Positions 57,021 through 64,000 of a DNA stretch of 64,000 nt are shown here, one piece after another. Positions within the stretch are counted from its first letter, which is position 1. Each line of letters opens with the position of its first letter. A program made the position numbers and the translations under genes. Below the pieces are notes generated by a model that was given only the letters and a program-made list of their open reading frames with translations, made no database searches and was not told where the DNA came from. The DNA lies in contig CP070761.1 of NCBI GenBank assembly GCA_020348985.1, forward strand, positions 2,891,006-2,955,005, in the 5' to 3' direction. The DNA is from Candidatus Thorarchaeota archaeon (GTDB lineage: Archaea; Asgardarchaeota; Thorarchaeia; Thorarchaeales; Thorarchaeaceae).

Positions 57021-58565
57021 ATGAGCTGGAAATCCAGAATCCTTAGCCACCTGCCTCTAATTGTGATATTGATTGCAGGTCTAGTGGTTTGGATTCAAGT
57101 CTTTCAGATTGCGGCTGAAGATTATCTTGCAGAGGGTTCTTGGAACAGCATGCATGCATGGCTAGGAGGCGCGGGGCGCGTAGGTGTAGATGTCGGTCAA
57201 TTCGATTTCTTTGGATTGACAATACCATTCCAGTTCGAAGGCTACTCGGACTACAGCTACTTCTACAAGCACTGGGGAAACAACGTCCTGAACGGGCTTC
57301 TTCCATATTCCCCAGAATTTGGTTATCTTGAGATAGATGGGATTGTAAACGAGAACGGTGTATATTTCTTCCCGCCACTGTACGCGATTCTTTGCGCCTT
57401 TGGTGTATTGTTAGAACCAAATATCGGAATAGGAATAATCCTATCTTCATTCGGATTCGTCACAGTCCTCCCTGTTTACGGAATTGCCACGGAACTGTCG
57501 AATAACAGGCGTGTTGGAGAGATAGCGGCTCTAACTTACCTGTTTAACCCCAACGTGTTATACCACGTCACTTTCCTCTGGATGAATACTCCGCCATTCA
57601 TTTTCTTCTTCTTTTCGGGATTCTATATGCTCATCACTGGACGACGTCATGCTGGTACCCTTCTGATTGTGATGGCAGCACTTTTCAAGCAGACCGCATG
57701 GTTTCTTGGCATTCCGCTAGTTGTACATCTGCTCATCCGAAAGAGGAATTCGAACGGTGAGTCATCAGAGAAGAAGAACCTGATTGATTCGCTTGCAAGT
57801 ACTATGGACTTCAAGGCATTTGCGACCAGCGTTGTCGTTGTGTTGATCTTTGGGCTTGCAGTTCTCTTGCCCTTCCTTCTCGCCCAGCCTGATACGATGC
57901 TGTCCTACATGTCACTGGCTGCAGGTGGATTTCCCTTGGAATCGTTCACAGATCCGCCCGGGTATGGAAGTCCCATGAGATTTCAAGTATTGCCTGTTGT
58001 CTTGGGATTCCCCGACGCTGCACAGTTCCTTGACGGCCTTGTCTATTATGGGATTCTTCTGTGGTTCGGTGTTACTCTTCTTGGTGGCTACCTCTTCTTT
58101 GAACCAAAAATGGATACAAACCGTAATCACTACTTTCGGAGACTCTTGTTTGTAACCATGCTAATGATGTTCTGGGTTCACCTCATGGGTCCTCGTGGAG
58201 TCTACAAGTACTACTTCACCCTCTTTGCACCATTCTTCTCCATCTTCTCATCACGCGGCATGGTCGTGGGTCCTGAGGAACGTGTCAAGGCTTCACCCAC
58301 AATGCTGTTCATTCCAGCTCTGTTCAGTTCTTTGATTCTGATTCCTCCTCGTAACATATACTTCGTCTCTGTCATCGCGATATACCTACTGTACATTCTG
58401 GCCTCAGTATCAGGTTGGAGAAGGAAGCCATCTCCTGATGCTCCTCCGGAGCCGAGCGAACTCACTGAGATGTCAGAAACTCCAGACAGCTCGACACCTC
58501 TCGAAGACGTTAATACGCAGACTGTTGTTGACAAAGTGGGTACTGGAGACAACTCAATGAACTGA
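57021..58565 (+). CDS. GT-C polytopic glycosyltransferase (GT87/PIG-M-like)
   Basis: Multiple TM helices, FEGYSDY..FY, G.LPY, FFPPLY, YLFNP, FKQ and PRGVYKYYF motifs. Confidence 0.72.
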   Translation: MSWKSRILSHLPLIVILIAGLVVWIQVFQIAAEDYLAEGSWNSMHAWLGGAGRVGVDVGQFDFFGLTIPFQFEGYSDYSYFYKHWGNNVLNGLLPYSPEFGYLEIDGIVNENGVYFFPPLYAILCAFGVLLEPNIGIGIILSSFGFVTVLPVYGIATELSNNRRVGEIAALTYLFNPNVLYHVTFLWMNTPPFIFFFFSGFYMLITGRRHAGTLLIVMAALFKQTAWFLGIPLVVHLLIRKRNSNGESSEKKNLIDSLASTMDFKAFATSVVVVLIFGLAVLLPFLLAQPDTMLSYMSLAAGGFPLESFTDPPGYGSPMRFQVLPVVLGFPDAAQFLDGLVYYGILLWFGVTLLGGYLFFEPKMDTNRNHYFRRLLFVTMLMMFWVHLMGPRGVYKYYFTLFAPFFSIFSSRGMVVGPEERVKASPTMLFIPALFSSLILIPPRNIYFVSVIAIYLLYILASVSGWRRKPSPDAPPEPSELTEMSETPDSSTPLEDVNTQTVVDKVGTGDNSMN

Positions 58566-58583
58566 AACAAGAGAAGAGTATCT

Positions 58584-60074
58584 ATGTCAGGTCTGCTTTC
58601 TCCCATTCAACGAATATACAGATATGCTAGGACTCATTGGATGCTCATTCTGGTTCTCGTTTTGGCAGCCTTCGTGTGGACGTTGATATTCTCGTTCGCT
58701 GCTGTTGAATTCGTTTCTGGGACTAGACCTTTCAGAGCAGCCTGGAATGGAGAGGCGGATATCATGCTCTTTGGGTACACTTTCGATGTTCATTTCGAGG
58801 GTTTTGCGGACCATGATTTCTACTACGTTACCTGGGGAGAGCAATTCCTATCGGGTTATATTCCTTATACTGACTTGTTCGACAACCTCATTATTGACAC
58901 AGTGGAGTGGTACACTCCCTTCTTCTTTCCGCCTTTGTACGTCTATCTCTGCGCTCTCGGCGTTACTCTTCCATTCGAACCCTCGGGCATAGCCGTTCTG
59001 ATCTGTTCCTTTGGATACTTGACTGCATTACCAATCTACGGTATCGTCACCTATCTTTCAGACCGACGCGACATTGGTGCAGTTTCAGCGGCAACGTATC
59101 TGTTCAATCCCCTGATTCTGTACCATACGGTGATTCAATGGCTTAACCCCGCCCCCTTCGTTTTCTTTGCAATGACATCTCTATACTTGTTGATGAGAGG
59201 CCATCGGTATCTGGGTCTGCTATCTATGGTAACAGCGGCATTGTTCAAGCAGACTGCATTCTTTCTTGCCTTTCCCCTGATCGCCTTTCTAATCAAGCGG
59301 CCGCCTGGCTGGAAGGCCCAGAATGAGGAGTCTAACGGAGGAGACAAGAAGAAGAGAATACTGCCTAGCGATAGAGTAGATCTTTCTGGTTTCTTCAGGA
59401 TGATAGTGGTTGCAGGAATATACGCTGGCATTGTTTCGTTTCCGTACATACTCGATCTGGGAAACTATGCGTTCAATATTTTCCAAAGAGCCGGTTCTAC
59501 ATTCTTGGAGGATTTTGTCACCCCGCCAGCTAACAATGTCCCGATTACCATGGCTGTTCCATTCATTGTCCTGGGTGCTCCAGAATGGTTCTCTCAAGCT
59601 TTGAACGCGTTTTCATTCTATTCCCTAGGTGTTCTGATTGGGATTCTGATATTCTTCACCCTGATGCTTTTTGAAGTGAAGGATGACTCCGATCTGCAAG
59701 GATACTGGCGACGAATAATGTACTTCACCTTACTGCTCATGCTATGGATTCACATCTGGTCGCCAAGGGGAGTCTACAAGTACTACTTTGTGGCTTTAGT
59801 TCCCTTCTTTTCGATACTTTCTGTTTCTTCGATGTGCTCGAAGTCAAAGGAGAAGATTGAATTCTCCTTGTTCATGGTAGTCGTCCCTTTCCTCTTCACC
59901 ATCTTGATCCTATTTCCTCACCGAAACATCTACCTTCTTGGCGTTGTCTTCATACTCCTTGCCTATGTCATTCAGAAGTCAATAGCCAAGGTTCACCACC
60001 GCCTCGGATCGGCATTGGGGGCAGCATTCACTCCATTTCGCACTCGTATCCGGCAGGGCAAGTCCCTTGACTGA
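58584..60074 (+). CDS. GT-C polytopic glycosyltransferase, tandem paralog
   Basis: FEGFADH.FYY, G.IPY, FFPPLY, YLFNP, AALFKQTA and PRGVYKYYF shared with the upstream gene. Confidence 0.72.
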   Translation: MSGLLSPIQRIYRYARTHWMLILVLVLAAFVWTLIFSFAAVEFVSGTRPFRAAWNGEADIMLFGYTFDVHFEGFADHDFYYVTWGEQFLSGYIPYTDLFDNLIIDTVEWYTPFFFPPLYVYLCALGVTLPFEPSGIAVLICSFGYLTALPIYGIVTYLSDRRDIGAVSAATYLFNPLILYHTVIQWLNPAPFVFFAMTSLYLLMRGHRYLGLLSMVTAALFKQTAFFLAFPLIAFLIKRPPGWKAQNEESNGGDKKKRILPSDRVDLSGFFRMIVVAGIYAGIVSFPYILDLGNYAFNIFQRAGSTFLEDFVTPPANNVPITMAVPFIVLGAPEWFSQALNAFSFYSLGVLIGILIFFTLMLFEVKDDSDLQGYWRRIMYFTLLLMLWIHIWSPRGVYKYYFVALVPFFSILSVSSMCSKSKEKIEFSLFMVVVPFLFTILILFPHRNIYLLGVVFILLAYVIQKSIAKVHHRLGSALGAAFTPFRTRIRQGKSLD

Positions 60075-60097
60075 TTCATTGGTACAAAGAAGAGTGG

Positions 60098-61261
60098 CTA
60101 TTCGGATGCCTTCAGGTCTTCCAATTCCTTCTCTTTCTTCTCAAGTTTCTTCTTGAGACTCTCAAGGCGTTTGTCAAGTTTATCCGCTTGCTCTTGATAG
60201 CTTTCCGTGGGCATTGCACCAGAGGAGTGTCTCTGTTCTATGTGTTCTCGGAGCTGTCCAACGGACTTCAGTTCCTTCTTCAATGCCTTCACATCATCCT
60301 TCAATTCGCCTTCTTTCGATTCTTCGTCCGATTGGAACTGCTTTGCTGGTATCATCACCCCAAGCTGACCCTGAGTCTTCTCAGCAAAGTCTTGGAACTG
60401 GTCTCTAAGCTTCTCAATGTTGTCCTCCACACTCGACACATGTTTACTGACCTTTTCAATGTCCTTCTGGAGGTCAAATACTGCATCAACAAGCCTTCGT
60501 AGCGTGGACTCGAACTCCTTCGATACTGATGGCATCGGGGTTTCCTCCTTCTTCTTCTGCTCCTCAGCCACTTTACTCGGTTTTGGCGTGACAACCTGGT
60601 CACCAAGCCATCTGAATGCATTTACAGCGAACGTTTTATTCCCGGGATGCTGAAGACCTCCGCCTCTCCTGAAGATCTCATAGCTGCCTACACACAGGAT
60701 TCTACCTTTACCATGCTCAGCTACCGCAATTACGGGTTGCTTTGGCGGGTCCGCAGTGTCAGAAGTGCAGGCAATCACCGTCGCTTTCTCGGTGACTTTC
60801 AGAGTACAGCCTGAAGGAATCAGAAGCTCTCGGACATCATCAGTTATTGGATGAGCGGTTATATCAGAAATAATCGGCATAGTCGGAAGCCCTGCGTTGT
60901 TCCTTTCATCCTTAATTGCAGTGTTCTCAAATGATATCCCGAAGCCTTCAGAGATCTTGCTCATGTTGTTCATCAGGCCGCGATCCCCTCCAGAGAGTGA
61001 GAGAAGGAAGAGGCCGCCCCCGTTCTCCACAAACCGCTTCAGCGTGTCAACCTCGGGCTGACGTAGCTTGGAGCTATTGGGACAACCAAAGACAAGCACC
61101 TTGCACTCTGCTATCTTCTTTGCCAGTATCATATATTCAGAATAGGGCATGGCCTCAATGTCGTTATCTTTTAGGAGCTGTGCCAACTCAGAGTATGTCG
61201 AGTCCAGCCTTCCACGCTCATTCTGGGTTTGGTCAAAGAAGACTCTCATTCCTGAACTCAT
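60098..61261 (-). CDS. Cytoplasmic GIFT (GldG/IFT52-like) domain + coiled-coil protein
   Basis: VFFDQTQNE, VLVFGCP....L...E...LKRFVENGGGLFLL, FGISF, HPIT, GCTL, GRILCVGS and N..F..NAF.WL, followed by heptad repeats. Confidence 0.78.
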   Translation of the reverse strand: MSSGMRVFFDQTQNERGRLDSTYSELAQLLKDNDIEAMPYSEYMILAKKIAECKVLVFGCPNSSKLRQPEVDTLKRFVENGGGLFLLSLSGGDRGLMNNMSKISEGFGISFENTAIKDERNNAGLPTMPIISDITAHPITDDVRELLIPSGCTLKVTEKATVIACTSDTADPPKQPVIAVAEHGKGRILCVGSYEIFRRGGGLQHPGNKTFAVNAFRWLGDQVVTPKPSKVAEEQKKKEETPMPSVSKEFESTLRRLVDAVFDLQKDIEKVSKHVSSVEDNIEKLRDQFQDFAEKTQGQLGVMIPAKQFQSDEESKEGELKDDVKALKKELKSVGQLREHIEQRHSSGAMPTESYQEQADKLDKRLESLKKKLEKKEKELEDLKASE

Positions 61262-61371
61262 TCAGATCACCGAGTTGTCGACATGCATGAGCAAAGCATG
61301 CGTTAAGAGATTTGTGCAGACTAAGTCATCACTTCGAATCTTTTATCACAATGCAAACCTGCTTTCAGACT

Positions 61372-61803
61372 ATGAGTCAATCCTCAGACTGCATCTTCTG
61401 CAAAATCGTAAAAGGCGAAATACCTGCCTCAGTTGTCTTTGAAGACGAGCACGTGATGGCGTTCATGGACATATTTCCAATTGCGGAAGGACATATACTT
61501 CTCATCCCGAAGGATCACTATACAAACATGCTTGATATCGATCTTGAGTTGTTGCCGCATCTGGCAAGGAGACTGGCTTTGCTAACTCGACAGGTTGACA
61601 AGGCATTCAATGTTGGAGGTGTCATGAACATCGCTGCAAACGGTGCAGGCGCAGGTCAGGAGATACCTCATCTCCACTTCCATGTGATTCCTCGGGGCAG
61701 GGACGCCAACTACGGTTTCCGGTTTCCTCCTGGCTACCGAGAGGAAATGGCTCCGCGAGAAAAGCTCGAATCAATCGCCAAGAAGATCCAAGAAGCTGCA
61801 TAG
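61372..61803 (+). CDS. HIT family hydrolase
   Basis: DCIFCKI, GH.LLIPK.H and HLHFHVIPR motifs. Confidence 0.93.
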   Translation: MSQSSDCIFCKIVKGEIPASVVFEDEHVMAFMDIFPIAEGHILLIPKDHYTNMLDIDLELLPHLARRLALLTRQVDKAFNVGGVMNIAANGAGAGQEIPHLHFHVIPRGRDANYGFRFPPGYREEMAPREKLESIAKKIQEAA

Positions 61804-61836
61804 GCTGCTCGGTTTTGCCCACAGTCGGTTCAAAGA

Positions 61837-62277
61837 CTACTTGGGCAAGTTGAGCAGATTCAATCCAGTAGGGCCATCTATCGCGCGTTTCAGTTCGTCG
61901 TCTAGTTCTGTCAGAAATAGCTCGATTGTAACTGATACTTCACATCCTTGCATCACATGACCGCCAAAGCAGTTTCCTTCCCGGTCCGAAACGACCATGT
62001 GTGCATGTACAGCCACTAATCCGTCTCCCGAAAGGGCCACATTGCCCGTAAGCGATACAACTTCTAGGTTTTTCTCGATGTCATAGCTGAGGTATTCCTT
62101 TGTCTCCATGTCAAAGAAACCCAAGCGTGCCTTGGAAATGGCTCCAATGCCAAAGAACTGGGCCGCTTTGATTTCATTTTCAATGGCAATAGAAGAAATA
62201 GCATCAATTGTGTCTTCACCAGGCAGCAGGCGAGACACTAGGACTCGCCGTGCCTTGGTTGTAATTGTCCGAACCAT
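61837..62277 (-). CDS. PPC/DUF296 domain protein
   Basis: RL.PGED, GIGAI, EVVSLTGNV, HAH and GGH motifs. Confidence 0.9.
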   Translation of the reverse strand: MVRTITTKARRVLVSRLLPGEDTIDAISSIAIENEIKAAQFFGIGAISKARLGFFDMETKEYLSYDIEKNLEVVSLTGNVALSGDGLVAVHAHMVVSDREGNCFGGHVMQGCEVSVTIELFLTELDDELKRAIDGPTGLNLLNLPK

Positions 62278-62383
62278 GTTGCCACTGAAAGCAACCTCTC
62301 TAATGAAGGGCTCGCAGCCACCTTCATTGTGCTTTTGGGAAGCGCTTATCAGGATAGGTCCGCCCACGAATGCTTGAGACATC

Positions 62384-64000
62384 TTGAGCAACGAAAAGGA
62401 TGATAGGGAAGAAGGCCAGTCAAGCCTGGAGGACTTCTTCGCTTCCACAAACGGTCATGATGGAAGGCCTAATGAGACGAATAAGGCGGAAGAATCTAGG
62501 GATTCCCACAAGAAGACATCTGAATCAGATATTACTGCCAAGAACGCTCAAGATGACGGAGAGGAAACAACTGAGGATGAGCTTGACGAAGACGTTGACG
62601 TCGCTCCGATGGACCGTGTAGGAAAGCTCGACACGCCGAAAGATCTTCCTCCATCCTACCTGCTCTCGGTTGATTATGCTGGTCCCGAAAGAAAGGCTAT
62701 CATCCGATTGTACAACCCGGAAAAGAAGAAGATCTACTTTTGGTTTGACAACACAGGGCATAAACCCTTCTGCTATACTGACCTTCCCGTTCAGGCCGCT
62801 GAATCAATAGCTAGGCGCCATCAAGGGTTCATTAGTGCAGAAGAAGTCGAGCTCATCGACCTGTTGAGTGATGAGAAACGGAAAATGACGAAGATTTCTG
62901 CTAGTGATCCCTTGGCTATTGGTGGCGCACCTGGGGCTATCCGTGAGATGCTGAAGGGTGCTTCGGGTCCTGACGGTGTGGAAATCAGCCGCGCCTGGGA
63001 AGCCAATATCCGATACAGAAACTGCTATTCCTATGACCAGGAGATTGCCTCAGGACTTTTGTACAAGATTGAGAACGGAGATCTTCTTTCAGTCATTCCT
63101 GAGATTGACAAGCAAATCATGAAGGAATTCCGGGCCGCCTTTGCTAATGAATCCGAACTGGAGGGGATCATGGAGACCTATTCACCCATGTTCTTCACTG
63201 AGGTGCCTGACATCCGAAGGATTGCGGTTGATATCGAGGTCTATACTCCTGTCAAGAATAGAATTCCTGATGCTGTGACTGCTCCCTATCCAATCACAGC
63301 AATAGGGCTGTGTGACAATGAAGGCTACAACAAGTGTTTCTTGTTGAGGCGGAAAGGTCACCCAGAGGGGAAGAAAGGAAAGGACTATCCTAAAGAGCTT
63401 GAGGTAGTCTTCTTTGACGATGAGAAAGAGATGCTCATAGAGGCATTCAGAATCATCGATGACTATCCGATTGTTTTGTCATTTGTTGGCGATGCTTTTG
63501 ATCTCAACTACCTATATCATCGTGCGCAGAAGATCAATATCGACATGGACAAACACTGTCCTATACGGCTTGGCCGAGATGTTGCATTACTTAGGCGCGG
63601 GATTCATGTTGACCTTTACAGATTCCTCAAGAATCCGTCAATTCGACTCTATGCCCTGTCCGGTGCGTATGAAGGGTACAATCTTGATTCGATAGCTAGG
63701 GGGCTCCTGGACTATGGAAAGCTCGAGCTAAGTGATGACATCTCCTCGTTGCCGTACTATGAGCTTGCACACTATTGCTGGAGAGATGCAAACATCAATC
63801 TCCGAATCACACAATTCGATGACAATTTGCTTCTCAGGCTGATCATACTGCTCATGAGAATCTCGCGCCTATCCATGGAGGATGTCACTCGTCTAGGCAT
63901 ATCTTCGTGGATTCAATCCCTGTTTCGGCAGGAGCATAGGTCTCATAACTACCTTATTCCCCGACAGATTGACATTCAGATTGCCAAGTCGCCAGACGCG
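62384..64000 (+). CDS. polB1: Family B DNA polymerase, PolB1 type (partial, runs off window end)
   Basis: Translated by hand from TTG 62384 and absent from the track: LLSVDY, DNTGHKPF, AWEANIRY, ExoI AVDIEV, HVDLY, ExoIII YCWRDA. Confidence 0.92.
   Translation, partial: MSNEKDDREEGQSSLEDFFASTNGHDGRPNETNKAEESRDSHKKTSESDITAKNAQDDGEETTEDELDEDVDVAPMDRVGKLDTPKDLPPSYLLSVDYAGPERKAIIRLYNPEKKKIYFWFDNTGHKPFCYTDLPVQAAESIARRHQGFISAEEVELIDLLSDEKRKMTKISASDPLAIGGAPGAIREMLKGASGPDGVEISRAWEANIRYRNCYSYDQEIASGLLYKIENGDLLSVIPEIDKQIMKEFRAAFANESELEGIMETYSPMFFTEVPDIRRIAVDIEVYTPVKNRIPDAVTAPYPITAIGLCDNEGYNKCFLLRRKGHPEGKKGKDYPKELEVVFFDDEKEMLIEAFRIIDDYPIVLSFVGDAFDLNYLYHRAQKINIDMDKHCPIRLGRDVALLRRGIHVDLYRFLKNPSIRLYALSGAYEGYNLDSIARGLLDYGKLELSDDISSLPYYELAHYCWRDANINLRITQFDDNLLLRLIILLMRISRLSMEDVTRLGISSWIQSLFRQEHRSHNYLIPRQIDIQIAKSPDA

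Noticed and set aside
10024-60074. GPI-transamidase-like system (GPAA1-like M28 plus PIG-U-like GT-C)
   Set aside because: The genes are more than 40 kb apart, no PIG-K-like protease is visible, and the M28-like proteins are single-pass rather than polytopic.
62400-63695. Short ORFs listed in the last 1.6 kb
   Set aside because: All lie within or antisense to the continuous polB1 frame.
1-64000. Selenocysteine/pyrrolysine read-through or SECIS elements
   Set aside because: The redox genes I checked (thioredoxins, OsmC, DUF3795) are complete with Cys. The stops I examined show no convincing in-frame continuation, and the hairpins at 30814 and ~38590-38640 lack a clear SECIS core. The check was not exhaustive.

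Overview
Gene-dense archaeal chromosomal segment (roughly 50% GC by eye), most likely from an Asgard archaeon of the Thorarchaeia type. That assignment is an inference from archaeal PriL, PolB1, ArcS/RaSEA, FBP aldolase/phosphatase and archaeal TIM, plus cytoplasmic GIFT- and MHD-like proteins. It is mostly housekeeping. DNA replication and repair: priL, OGG1-type glycosylase, AlkD, DUF1998 helicase, nurA-herA-mre11-rad50 and a partial polB1. tRNA and translation: two tRNA-Arg genes, arcS-raSEA, ABCE1. Central metabolism: FBPA/P, TIM, uridine phosphorylase, two MDR dehydrogenases. Envelope: two M28-like/TSP3 proteins, a MacB/LolCDE-type ABC transporter, two GT-C glycosyltransferases and a GIFT-PHP protein. 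I saw no CRISPR array, rRNA, transposase or integrase. The most notable candidates are: (1) a cytoplasmic protein whose N-terminal ~225 aa follow the motif order of the adaptin-mu/delta-COP mu-homology domain; (2) a cytoplasmic IFT52-like GIFT + coiled-coil protein; (3) a tandem pair of catalytically degenerate M28 membrane proteins with Ca-binding repeats, divergent from the ABC transporter; (4) a non-canonical nurA-herA-mre11-rad50 operon preceded by a direct repeat; (5) several enzymes that have lost metal ligands (ABCE1, Nif3, gamma-CA, MBL). All family calls come from motif recognition by eye; no searches were run.
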